Shown here piece after piece: positions 51,931 through 64,000 of a DNA stretch of 64,000 nucleotides. Below the pieces are notes generated by a model. The model saw only the letters and a list, made by a program, of their open reading frames with translations. It was not told the origin of the DNA and did not search any database. How positions within the stretch are numbered: the first letter of the stretch is position 1; the number at the start of each line of letters is the position of its first letter. Made by a program: the position numbers and the translations under genes. The stretch is taken from contig JBFLGF010000024.1 in assembly GCA_050230475.1 (NCBI GenBank), forward strand, positions 1-64,000. The letters run 5' to 3'. The stretch comes from Ancylonema sp. Its lineage: Eukaryota.

Positions 51931-52334
51931 TTATACTCGGGTTGCAGAATCGGTATCGAGACGAGTAGTTGGCAAATGGAATGCAGAGATATCAACAGCC
52001 TGTGGAGCTGAATTGTCAATATCAGTATGAATAATACTATTAAGAGTTGGTGCGACTAGTGATTCGATAGTAACTATATCGATGTCCGGTGATCGCGGAC
52101 AGTTATTATCGACAGCTGGTTCAGCTGACGGATCGACAATTTCAACAGGTTAGTTTCCTCCAGTTTGGTTAACCTCCCTCTACTATCTCGTGACTACCGC
52201 ATGCACTACTCTTGCGAGCACATTGAATACCAGATAGTAGAAGAAAGTTGTCTTAAAAAAAAATTCGAGGTTATTTACCTTTTCCGACATTTAAAAAAAA
52301 AATAAAAAAAAATCAAGGTCTTCCGCGGTTGGAT

Positions 52335-53491
52335 TGAAGTAGTATTGCAAATTGAGTCTCCGCTGATATATCAATATTTTATCTATCACACGTCTCAGCG
52401 GTCTAGTGAAATTCACTACTTAACGCTGAGGGCAAGCTTACAGATGGTTTACAGTATAAAAGGCAGGGAAAATACTATAAAGCAAACAAGATAGTTTGGT
52501 GCAGACTATCAAGGTTAACAACCGTAAGAGTTACCTTCGGTGCGAAAGTAAAGTATGGACGGCGCGTCGATAAAAGATGCTGGCTCAGAAAGAGCATTAG
52601 CAAACAGGTGTAAACAATAGATGCTGGCTCGGAGCGAGCGACAGCAAAACACACACACACACACACACAATTGAAAAGTGCCGGTTCGGAGCGAACGCAG
52701 GCAAATCGACAAATGTTTCACACACACACACACGCTTGCTGGGTCAGAGAGAGCGTCATCGAATCGATGTAAGAAATCAGAGTCGATAGCAAGGCTGGCT
52801 CAGAAAGAGCGTCAGCAACACATTCAGATGAATCACAAACATACACACACAGATTGCAAAGAATGATTTGCATAACTTATCGTCTTGCTGACGGATGTCA
52901 GGTTGAGACGAAAGACGAGCACGTTGCGAAGTCGCGTAAGCGAAGGGATGCAATATTCACACAATTGCAAGGATTCAGATAACACACGAGATGGTTGGAA
53001 GGGATTTCTTAACAGCGCAATCTGACAGCGGAAGCTGGCAGATCTGAAAGTACAATTGACTTTCATCTCAAAAGTTATTGCGCAGTGCTAACGGGCATAG
53101 TTGACTAGAGTTAAGCTATCGAAGATAAGTACAGGCTGGCTTCTAGAACATTACAATTAATCTCGGCGCTACGATGAAACGGCGCGAGATATTACTCTAG
53201 TTCTACGGCTGGATTTAATCGCCGGGATTATTGACAAGTCGAAAGTGACTTGTGATTTTAACAAAAATTGACACGTAGCTATTTGCCGAACTGATGGATT
53301 CTAGACTTCGGAAAACACGCCACGCGTTATTTTCGAGTCGTACAAATTTCGTACTTCACTATTTTTCTTGTAAAGTACTTATTCTGAAAATCGTTATATC
53401 GAATACTCTCGTTATAGAGGAGTATTAATCTAGAGGAGTTTCTAATCAATCTAGAGGGGTTTAGCCTTAGCGATCTCTAGCGTCAATGACA
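52335..53491 (-). repeat. Intact 5' B block (TG...CA, 1157 bp) with no A block upstream
   Basis: Minus strand TGTCATTGACGCTAGAGATCG...CAATACTACTTCA. Homologous to all other B copies. Confidence 0.9.
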
Positions 53492-53547
53492 CTTATGAAG
53501 TCGTATGAAGTTGTTTGATTGTGCCTAGCGCGTGTGTTTTTGGCCGA

Positions 53548-54038
53548 CAGTGGAGTCTTGATATAGTGACACACTCTACAGTGACAATCTCTATATAGTG
53601 ACAATTGTTTGCCCTTTTTCTAATCCTATATGAAAACCTACTATTATATGGTGACAATCGCTATAGTGACACACGTTACAATGACCAAAAAAACCAGAAT
53701 TATAATATCGCGATGTCACTACAGTATACGGTGAAGCCTGTCTAAATTTATACCGTTTGAATTAATAACGTGTCTAATTTAATAGAAAATATTCCGCCCG
53801 ATTTGGTTTTCACCCAAAATCTGTCGTGTAAATTAATAACGAGTCTAATTTCTTTATATTTTGGGTTTTAACATTGATAATGTAGAGAGGTTTTATAGTA
53901 GCACGATGATATTATAACAACCGCCGTTCAGATGAGCAACTTCTCTTTAAAATATCGACCTAAATTTCACTTTCTCTCGATATAGTGACATTTGCATGTT
54001 GTCGCCCTATCAAATGTCACTATATAGTGTATTGTGAC
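53548..54038. mobile_element. Nested pogo/Tc1-like MITE remnants (ATAGTGACA-repeat MITE with a TA-flanked insert at ~53729-53898)
   Basis: CAGTGGAGTCTTGATATAGTGAC start, many (T)AGTGACA repeats, inner CGGTGAAGCCTGTCTA...TAGAGAGGTTTTATAG. Confidence 0.45.
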
Positions 54039-56129
54039 TAGCATTGTGAATGTTGCGTTAACATCTTACACTTACACTCGTACGTAAAGTGTAACGTAAC
54101 GTAAAACGTAAAAATATATTTATTTATTACGTTTTACGCATAATTGGTAAAATACACGTCACATAGCCAAAATTCCCTAAAACGTAATATCCGGTAAAGT
54201 TTAGTCGTGTAAATTAGTAAAATATCAATTTATACAATAGATGTTTATATAAAAAAGAAAAAATGGTCGTTATCCCTTTTTACCATGTACATTGGCATAT
54301 TTTTTTCTCAAGTTTACACTTGAACATCACCATTAAATCATCGAATTCTTACATATCAATGACTTAATGTCATAATGAAAACATGACCATCTTTTTTAAT
54401 TGCAAGGCTTGCAAGTCGTGGTAGTTCATGGGAAACTGTTTCCCTTTTATAAGAATGGGTTTTTGGGGACTTGGACCAAAACTACGAAATAAGTGAACCT
54501 CTCATTGAGTAGGAGGTAAAAAAAATACTCGGAATATCAAGTTAACGCGGTACCCAGTCATAGTGTATAGGCTCGTGTCCTTGTAGTGCGTGCCAGGCAC
54601 CGTTATAGAGGACCGGGAGGGTATATTCGGTCTAGCGGACCTTGTGTCGTTGTAACGGGGTTGAGTGTTCCAAACGCCCCAGTAGAAATAAGGTGACTTA
54701 GAAGCTTCTTCGGATCTTGTCCAATCATTGAGTTAGGGGTTCTCTCAGCCGTTGAGTGAACGATCGGGATTGCTCTGCCACTAGTCAATCGCCGTTAGTT
54801 ATATTTTTTGCCCAGCCGCCACTCTTCGAGAGGGTTGGTGCTCCACTTTTATACGTCTAGGCTTGAATTCTTGTATTCACTTTCCGACAATATTTCCCGG
54901 ACGACTACATTCATTTTCTTGTGTACGTGCAATTCGTGATTCTCTGCGCAATATGTTATTACGTCGTAGTTGGAACGCCTCTAAGCCTGCTTGTGTGCTA
55001 GTTACGCTTCGCACTTTCGGCACCCACAACTAACCTTGCTTTGGATAATAGGTAAAACATTCAAGCACTTGTTGTGTCTGGGGAGATACTTGGGATATAC
55101 TTGGGGTTTACTTGTTTTAGGTGTGATAGTATGATCGATGGGGTGGTGTGTATTACACTTGGGGACAACTTGGGAGTATGATTCGAATATTATGACTTGT
55201 AGTTGTGTACAATGCGAGGGCATTGAGTGTGCTCTGTGTGTATATGCTAGACGATGCGTTGCTATACGTCAACCCATTGATGCGGTTGTTTTTTTTTATA
55301 CCATTCTTTTATCGTCTTGTCCCATAGACCAATTGTTATGTCTAAATGGCTCAATCGTACCGAAAAACAAACCTTCCTCATGCAAATCGGGTAGCTCGTG
55401 ATTGCGGCTTCCCATATTTTTTTTATATGCTTGTATTTTTGTACGTGATAATGCGTATTGCTTATTTTTTACAAATATTTTTTTGAATACCTTCACTTAG
55501 GAAATGATGAAAAGTCAAACTTTATACACCTACACTTGAGAAGGGGGGGGGGTGATATGTGTTGGTCATCAAAAATAATTCATTAGGAGTGAAGTTCCCA
55601 TTTTTTTGTCCTCAATACAACATCTCTATGACAAGCAAAATGATCATGTGGGTCCTACACCGAGAAAAAAACAAAAAATAATAAACATTGCATAGTGAGG
55701 ACGCAAGTACTATGTATCCACTTCTCTAATATTATTCGTCCTCTAAAAGTTCTTCGACTACTTCGAATTCATCGACTGCCAAGATCGGGTAACTTGTTGT
55801 CAAACACCTAGTCAATACTACTGTAGAGTGTATGGATCAATGGAACTCGAAACTCATCGAATGCGACGGTTGGCGAAACGTCATTCGTCAATTTTAGGTC
55901 GATGTAATCCTCGCAATCGTCATTTACGGTAGATTCGTGCTTAAATATCTTACCCGTAATTACCATTCACCATGGAAAGTAACTATATTACCGGTAAGTG
56001 TAATTTACACATGTCTTACACTCTACGTTTCGCCTGTCTCTAATTTACCCAAAAAAAAGCGGTAATCTTACATTACGCGTAAGAAAACTGTAATTACAAA
56101 CCCAAAAACACCGTAATTTTACAACGCTA
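54039..56129. mobile_element. Putative non-autonomous hAT element
   Basis: TIRs TAGCATTGTGAA / TTACAACGCTA. Flanks ATTGTGAC / ATAGTGGC match 6/8. CGTAA/TTAC subterminal repeats at both ends. Confidence 0.45.
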
Positions 56130-56593
56130 ATAGTGGCAGGCTGTCACTTGGGCCCCATGGCTGTCAGCGACAGCCTGTCACGGACAGTCCTAGCATTCGA
56201 TGTAGTGACATTAAATCCCCATGTCTAAAAATTTGTCACTACATCAAGACTGCACTGTCCCAACGAGTCGAAGAGTCGCCGAGTTCCGACTCGCCGAGTT
56301 TGGGAGTTTGGGTGTCCTTGGCGGCGCAATTGGAGGTCCGATTCAAATGCGCCGGATGTCCGGGCATTCTTCCCGAATTCGGTCCCTTCCCGCTCTTGGC
56401 GAACTGTCATCTAAATCTGTGGGCGAGGTTCCGTAATCCCCTTCACTCCCCATCGCTTTTTGTCCTCTCATTTCTTCGAGTGAGAGACACGACCAGAGAG
56501 CCCGAATGGTTAGCGCGTCGAAGGCTACCGCCGCAGTTATGAATCACGAAATGCGCACTCTGGTTACGTCTCCGTTCCCCCCTAACTGAGCGA

Positions 56594-59500
56594 ATGCTTG
56601 GAAAAAGTACCGTAATGTCCCGTGGCGAGGAACGTCCGTGGATGCGGTGGCGCTTCGAACCCTCTTTGGAATGGAGTCCGGACGTTCGGGGCTACTTTGA
56701 CCAAGTCTTTGGAGAAGAAAGATTCGGGGAGATATCTCGCGCTCTATGGTCAGCTCCCAGAAATATTTCTCGCACGCTGAAATGTCCGGAAGCGTATATC
56801 AGAACGTTTGAGATCACGTAACAGTGTGCATTCTGTAGGAACAGTGACATAGATACGGAAACATTGCGCGGCAATTTAGAGAATGCCTATTTTTCAACAC
56901 ATGTAAGGTACTCAATGCACTGTAGCGACCAGCTCATCGAGCCAATTATTCTCCCAATTCTGGCCAATTATTGCTCTCGTATTTTGAACCAATTCACATA
57001 AATACCCCTACCTTGCCGCCCCCAATTAACTGAGTTCCCATCCATTGATTTTATATTTATCTTCATGCAAAAGTGTTGTCAAGCCTCTAATCCACCTGGT
57101 AACAGAGGTGCTTCGTGTTATAGTCCACGAGGATAAAATCCACGTGTCCCCATCACGTAACCCCATCAGGTTACCCACGTAACCCGTATCTCGGAACCCT
57201 ACCCTCCGCTCCTCACAGTCGTCCCCCGTTGACTTCCTGCATCCGAGTCAACACTCTGCAAGCAGATGTGCCAGCTGTCATCTCGTCACTGCGTGCCACC
57301 TTCGCCGACCAGCCACAGGACGCCACATCGGACTCGTCTCTCCTCAGTGGCTCCACCCTCCCTGGCAGCATCCGAGAGCACCCTGAGCTGCCAGGGGTCA
57401 TCGAGATCCAAGGGTCGGGCCCTCACCAGGTGGATTACAGCCCTCGATCTCCATTTGTCACTCCAGCTTTGAAGACCAACAGGGCGGCCACGGGAGAAGA
57501 GTTTGCGGAATTGGAGGAGGGGGATGGGGGGGGGGGGGGGGATGGGGAGGGGGCTGGTTTTGAGATGGGGCAGGGGAGGAGGGTGGGGGAAGTCGGGGGA
57601 GTGGGGGGAGAGTTGAAAGAGGTTTTGGTGAGCAGGAAGTGCGCGGAGGCGGTGCTAAGGGGAGCTCAGGTGAGACCAACAGATTCGGCATTGTTCATTT
57701 CATATCCCAAGTTACATAGTTCATATTTATACTTCATATTTTATATTTCATATTCCATATTTCTTACGTCATACTTGATACTTCAAATTTCATATTCCAT
57801 ATTCCATTTTCCATATTCCATATTCCATATACCAGATTCCATATTTCATATTTCGTAATTTATAATTCATAGTTCATACTTAATGTTCCATAGTTCCATA
57901 TTCGATATCTCATCTCTCATATCTCATATCTCATTTCCAATTAAAGTTTCCCCTCCGCCCAGACACCGCCCCCCTCCTAAGTGCCGGTCTGTTCGATCTC
58001 ACCCAGACCCTCTCTGCATCCCACCCCAACTTCGAACCCCCCCCCCCCCCCTGCCCCCCCCAGGTTTTCATCCCCGGCGTGTTGGCCTGCAGCTCCAGCC
58101 TGGAGGCGGGCGATTGGGTTGGGGTCTCCGTGGCCGTGGAGCGGTGGGAGGAGGGGGAGGAGAGGTGGAAGGCGGGCTGCACGCGGGGGGCGGTGTTGGG
58201 ATCGGATCATGCAAACGAACGTGAGGCAGCGGTTGGCCAATTGATCACTCTCCTGTCCTCTCTGTTGTAATTGTGGTTGTGGGTGCTGTCGTCGGTAACG
58301 TCTTATGTTGTGTGGCGCTACGCCGTAAGTCGTACGGTTTCATGTCCGGTTTGAGGTGTGAACACAGTTCTGTTTTATTATGTAGCCCACGCAGCGGCTC
58401 AGCTGTGGGTTTGTTTTGTGTCACGGGGATCTGAGTGCGTAGTGGAGGGGAGTTGATTCTGTTGTAGTGAACGTAACCCCGTGCTACATTCAACCTCGGT
58501 ATACCAATGCCGATGAACACGACACAGTCACTGACACCAGATTCCCTCGCCACTCCTCGCAAAAAACATCAGAGCACCACCTCCTCCCTCCCCCCCCCTC
58601 CACAGAGCTCGGATCCTCGGACGATCGCAGCCGTTGGTTCCTCGGTGGTGGTCATTCCATGGTATCCCGCGCCGCGATGTTCCGGAATCGAACGGGGGTC
58701 GCTGTGAGGATGAGGGAGAGGGTGTTCCGCCTCCCCCCATGTAACGGTAGGGGGGGAGGGATGAGGAATTATAATGGGAGACGGCAATATGTTGACTGGC
58801 GTAGTTTGGGATGGTTTGGGGGGGGTTACGATGGTGGGGGGGGGGGGGATGTGGTTGGGCTCTCGAGGAAGGTGGGTGGAAACTTCCACTCGGTTCTTTT
58901 CTTCATATTCTCTACTTCCTCTTCCTCATTCAGGTGTGCATTTGCTTTCCTGTCTGAATGCCACCTGGCTCGACGAACACCAATGATGATGACCCCTCCC
59001 CCCCCCCCCCCCTCCAGGTGTCCTTTTGGGGCAGACCTTTGTTCAAAACCTTCCAAGCATAGTGGCTGCACGAGTACTCGGTAACGATCTCATCCACTCA
59101 CGGCCTCATGGACTCACGGCCTCATGGGCTCACGGCCTCATGCCATAGGGCCAGGTCCTGGTCTCTCCACTGCATCTGACAGGTGGCGTCCTCTGATTGG
59201 ATGGGGCAGGGCAGATCCCCGCGAAGGCGAGCGCATCCTGGATATGTGCGCAGCACCAGGTGGCAAGACTACGGCCATGGCCATCCTGATGGAGGACTGT
59301 GGGGAGGTGGTGGCGCTAGACAGGAGCCACAATAAAGTGAGGGAGATGAATACATTTGTGTGTTTACCCCCCCCCCTCCGCTCAATCTTGTACACTATCT
59401 GGTACCTGTCTAAAGGAAGAACCTGTAATGGAATAGAAAGTTCGGGTCCCAAACCCAGATTTGTTAGGAACCGTCTCTGTTGAAGTGAATAACCTGTCTA

Positions 59501-62048
59501 AAGGAATATCATTTTCCGGTCCGGACAGTATTCCTGTAGACATGATATACTGTATTCTTTTGGAAAGGAGAGATTCGATGTTGTTTTTGCTTCTTTTTCT
59601 TTTTCTTTTTTTTGGTGGGGGGGGGAGCGGGGGCGCGAGTGCGAGCTGCCTGACAGGTGGCAGCGTGTGGTTGACTGGTTCAGGTGCGTGCCATTGCTGA
59701 TCTGGCACGGGAGATGGGGCTGGCCTGCGTGCGACCACTCAAGATGAACGCACTCAATGCGGTGGCGACAGGTGGCAGGCAGGCAGAGATAGAGGAAGGC
59801 CCCGCCCCCGCCCCCGCCCCCCTTATAGAATCGGGAGAGGAAGGTGATCCAGACCCCCGTCCCAAAGACGAGAATGGTCGCTACGTGAGTAGGGCGGGGG
59901 AGAGGAAGGAGAGGAGGAGGAGGCAGAACGGGGAGAGGGAGGGGCAGGGGGGGGGGCGGGGCGGGTTCCTTCCTGGAAGCGTCCATCGTGTGCTGTTGGA
60001 CGCTCCCGGCTCGGCCCGGGGGTTGAGGCCGAGGCTGTTTGCGGGGGAGGTGAGGGCTGGGGGAGGGAGATTCCGAAGATCTCGTTTTTTTTTCGTGGTT
60101 GCGGTTTGTGGTTCAGAACCGTCCTGGACCACTCTACTGTGGCTTGGGGAATGTGGAGAGGGAAGGCTTCGGAATGTTTCCACCAGTCTTTTTTTTTATG
60201 CGCTGGTGAAGGCAACCCCTGAGATGACGACCCTCGATGTACCGACCCCCTCGATGTAACAATGTTTTTTTGTGCGTTAAAAAGAAGAACAACAAAAAAA
60301 AAAAAATCCAAACCCAGAAAAAAAAAAAAAAAAAAAAAAAAACACAGCTTTGCTCTGCATTCTGAGGCACACCAACGGCCCCACCACGGCCATACAATGA
60401 CATTTTCCTCTATTTCTTGAATGTTGTTATATCGAGGTTTGACTGTATCTGAAGACCGGGCACATGGCTGGATGAAAAGGAGTGTCTGAGTATGCGGTTC
60501 TGGGTTCAGACGAGTCTTGAGGCCCTTCGTCAGCACGCGGTGTATCAGAAGCGGTTGATGGACCAGGCAGTGCGTCTGGTGGCGCCAGGTGGCGTACTCG
60601 TCTACTCCACGTGAGGAAAAGAAAGAAAACGAAAAAGAGAGAGAGGGGAATAAAGGGGGGGGGGGGAGACACGCGAAAAGTAAATGACGTCCAAGAGGTT
60701 GTGCTTCTTTCTGCACTGCTGAATGCTGCATTTGTGCTCCAATAGCTGGGGGGGGTCATCCTGAGTCCGTGGGGGGAGATGAGCATGATGGTTGAATGGC
60801 ATAATGGGGACGGATCGCCAGCTGTATTTGAGTTGGACGTGTAGTGCGGTGGAAAAAACAGAAACTCGAAGGGCCCCTGGTGTTGGAGCATACCTGCAAT
60901 GGGGTAGAAAAGAAAAGCTGGTCCGAGGGTTTGTAGATAGGTGACAGGTGTCAGCTTCCCGTTGGTGTCCCCCACTCCTATCGTCCGCAGATAACGGCGG
61001 TGGATAGCTGTGGGGTTGGTTGTGTTTGCATGGCATCCCTTCCTAAAACCTCATGACGGCTGACGGCTGACAGGTGTCAGTATCTGTTTGGCCGCAGTTG
61101 CACCATGAATCCGGGGGAGAACGAGGGCGTGGTGCGGTACGCGCTGGATAAATATCAAGCTCGTGCCCCAGGTGAGTACTCGTTGTGCTCCAGTAGCCGT
61201 GTGTTGTCTCTCCTCTTTTGTGGGCAACCAACAGTCTGTTTCCAGAATGGACTTGTAGGGAGTGGGAGTGGGGGGGAGGGCGATAGGAGAGGGTGTGTAG
61301 ACTGTGGGGTAGGATGCGCCACCTGGCACCATTCAGCATTCAGCATTCAGCATTCAGCATTCAGCATTCCTTTTGCGAGCATTCAGCATTCCTTTTGCGG
61401 ATGTTGCTGTGGCACACCCTATACGTTCCTAAAGCACACATTAGCTCACAGTTGCAGGGGGGGGGGGGGGTGAGGAAGTTTGAGTACCGATGTGGTTTTG
61501 ACCCACGCGGTTGACTGCTCCCTGCCCTGAGAGACTGACAGCTGGCAGTCAGTGACACGATGGGTGGGCCAGGTGCCACTCTTAGGGGGTCCTGGGCTAG
61601 TAGGCGGAGCTGACGTGTTTGATGGCGGAGGGTACAGGTGGGGGGGTTGGGGGGGTGTTTCGTGCTCTGTTTTAGAACCGCCGATGTGGTTGCTTAAGTA
61701 GCTCTTGTCGTTTTTTTTTTTTCTTCTTCCCCCCCCCCACTTTCTCTCTTTCGATTTTCTTTGCGTCTGACCACACGACCAGTCTTGATAGATGCAATAG
61801 ATTTAGTCTCCCTTGCCCCGTGTGATTTAGTCTCTCTTTATCCCCCTTGCCTAGCCCCGTGTGGTCGGACTGCATGCTGCGTGGAACGCTGACGTCACCC
61901 TTTGGTGTATAACGTCACCCTGTTGGGATTCAGGGAGTGGCTGAGACCCGGCGAGGAGCGGTTGGTGCAGCGGTTCGATCCGTGTGGGGCGAGAGACACC
62001 ATCGGATTCTTTATAGCGAAGTTTGAGGTGGCGACGAACAGTTGTTAG
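56594..62048 (+). CDS. NSUN6: NSUN6-like RNA (tRNA C72) cytosine-5 methyltransferase with PUA domain, ~11 exons (56594-56748, 57219-57669, 58064-58220, 58606-58746, 59018-59080, 59215-59336, 59684-60049, 60510-60610, 61098-61171, one uncertain, 61935-62048)
   Basis: CIRVNTL, VSRKCAEAVLRGAQVFIPGVLACS (PUA), FVQNLPS, ILDMCAAPGGKTT, VLLDAP(G)S, YSTCTMNPGENE, DTIGFFIAKF. Confidence 0.88.
60204..60445. mobile_element. Tigger/pogo-like MITE in an NSUN6 intron
   Basis: Right end GTTATATCGAGGTTTGACTG-TA. Left side has CCTCGATGTA repeats. Confidence 0.45.
61330..61395. repeat. 7-bp tandem repeat (CATTCAG)n, intronic
   Basis: Five or more direct units visible. Confidence 0.9.
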
Positions 62049-63088
62049 GGCAGAGTGGGAAACTAGTCGAAGACGAGACGATGATTGCAATATGGCGAGG
62101 CGGAAGAAAGGATAGTAGGGCAGGGTAGTAGGGCAGTCATAGGTTGGTGTGAGAGAGTTTGTCATGAGAGGAACGTAGCTTTGTGAGGAGCAACCATTTG
62201 GGGTTTATGTTCATTTTACCACCAATCCAACTCAATTCAAGCACATGTAACGAGAAACGGATAAATAAACCAATAAAATGTATTCATCGTGGGTTTTCTA
62301 CGGGATGTGCTTGGAACGTGTGTGACACGTGTTTAACTTGTGTGACACGTTTAACGGGACACCCCAAGAAGTCGTCAAGATTGCTTGATTGGCTGATCGG
62401 AAGTCAAGGTGCTAAACAACTCTGACAAAGCATAACAAATGGAGTAGGGTCGTGTTCCCACAACGCAAGAAGGAGTAACGGCAGGTGACCAGGACCAAGC
62501 CACGGTTGCGGCCTTTCCCTACCCGTACTTGAGTACAACTAAATTTGTCTCATGCAATACAGTCTAAGGGAGTATGTTGACTGAACAAATATAAATTCCT
62601 CCCTCAAGTTGGGTGATTATTCCAAACTCGTCACGGACTTTTTTTAAACAGTCTCGGAGAACGTGGAAGACATTGAGTAATTCGTGTATATTCGTATAGA
62701 TCCGTGCATGTTGGTACACGTCCGTATCATGTGTGTGTATTTGTTTGATCGGTAGGAAGATCCGGAAAAAATGGGAAGAATAATACTTGGCCACCCTTCT
62801 CAGGTTGAGTCAGCAAGATGCATCACTTAATCTTAAGCTAAAATAAGTGATAATGAGTACAATTACCCCGGTCCGAGAAGCACGGATTCGGCCAAAATAT
62901 GAACAACAATTTCCGCAGGTGAGATTGGCGCTTGGGGTTGCTCAAATTTTCAATCAAACGCCTAACATTGACATCTCCGCTGATTTTGAACTTTCGAGAA
63001 TTGCGCCTCGGAAAATTCGAAATCTAGGCTACGTTAGATAGAGAGAAAGAATTATAAATGAAAAGGATGATGGATAAAGGAGCAAAGA

Positions 63089-63340
63089 GTGAAGGAGCAA
63101 TCGGTGTTGGTGGATTGCACTCAGCGTGCTGAGCACTTGAATGGGTGGTCGGCGCAAAACTCTAGTTTGCTAGTTACTTGGTTTCGGCACCGAGTGCTTG
63201 TTGCGTTACAACGATCGCTAGCTCATGCAATCCATCCTAGAGTGTTGCGGCTAGAGCAGGGTAGGGCTTTGTTACCCCCCTCCCCTCCACAAGTGATGTT
63301 GTCGTCAACGAACTTACGTATTGTTGCTCGGGTATTTTAG
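63089..63340 (+). mobile_element. Possible 3' remnant of an RLE-type (CRE-like) non-LTR retrotransposon
   Basis: FRHRVLVALQRSLAHAI resembles the RxRxSxALQRxNA C-terminus of such elements. No other domains seen. Confidence 0.35.
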
Positions 63341-64000
63341 GGTATGCTTCATTCGTTATGTTCCTTTAGGGTGATCAACTATTGGCGTTCTTGTAGGTTT
63401 CAATCGTGCTTGAAGAAAATTCATCTCTCTCATGAAGGATGATTCCCTTTCTTTTTGTACAAGTTTGTAGTATCGAAATGTGTTCGATATTACGAGTCAT
63501 AGAACTCGGCGTTCTCCCGAATCGACGATCACGCGTAGATTTTGCCACGTCGGGACGAATCGACGAGTCGCCGAGTCCGACTCCTCGAGTCGGAACGAGG
63601 GATGCCGAGCCGTGGAAGTTGCACGACTTCCCGGTGCTTGCCTGCTCCTTCTGATAATCCTCTCAGAAGATATTAGGAGTGCGAGGAACCTGACAGCCGT
63701 CTGGAGCTTCTAGCAAACTAACCTGCGGGAAATACAGCGGTGGGACGCTTCTGCAGGCAACTGCAGAACCGTGATGGTTTCCGTCATGTTTTCACGTCGC
63801 ACTGCTCTCTGATCGTCTGGCTGAATATTTTCGAGCATTTCCCAGCATTCTCAAGGTATGTCACGAAATGTGACAGCCCGGGTAATAAATACGTCATGCA
63901 ATTCACCAGTGTCGGCGCCAGAGACCAGCCGGCATCACTCTCGGTCTCCTTCTGCAACTCCTGGGGAAGGAGGAGACTGTCTCATATGCTGGGTAAGCAA

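Larger units (their letters stand above)
30835..53491 (-). mobile_element. Outer Gypsy-derived element without RT/RNase H/integrase: 5' B (53491-52335), gag, protease, degenerate DNMT, PPT (32493-32482), A (32481-32288), rearranged B, terminal A (31028-30835); interrupted by nested insertions
   Basis: Begins TGTCATTGACGCTAGAG and ends CCGCACGTCA. CTTA flanks both sides (30831-30834 and 53492-53495). Confidence 0.85.

Noticed and set aside
57700..57940. Ile/Ser/Phe-rich C-terminal extension of ORF 57229-57858
   Set aside because: Degenerate CATATT repeat in an NSUN6 intron after the donor at 57669.
56260..63600. Dispersed GAGTCG/CGACTC-rich motifs (56260-56300, 63555-63600, also 30780-30825)
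   Set aside because: Likely subterminal repeats of old DNA transposons, but boundaries and TIRs could not be defined.

Overview
Eukaryotic, intron-containing DNA that looks like a streptophyte (charophyte-type) green alga; the lineage is inferred from gene and TE content. Host genes: a GONST1-like Golgi GDP-mannose transporter (minus, 37-2735), three spliced glycoside hydrolase family 26 paralogues (one probable pseudogene at 4971-8085, two intact head-to-head copies at 11890-14197 and 26555-28866) and an NSUN6-like RNA m5C methyltransferase (plus, 56594-62048). About 35 kb is nested retrotransposons plus several MITEs. The standout is a Ty3/Gypsy family seen four times. Its members encode a C5 cytosine DNA methyltransferase between protease and RT and a PHD finger at the integrase C-terminus. 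It lacks ordinary LTRs: the ends are permuted as B-[internal]-PPT-A-gc-B-A, where B is a conserved ~1.15 kb block and A is an element-specific 160-205 bp block, and the two elements with both ends present show target-site duplications. A relative sharing these ends has Gag, protease and a catalytically dead methyltransferase but no RT, RNase H or integrase. Two Ty1/Copia families with a half-tRNA primer site and TG...AA LTR termini are also present. All motif and identity calls are by eye. Homopolymer-associated frameshifts may be assembly errors.
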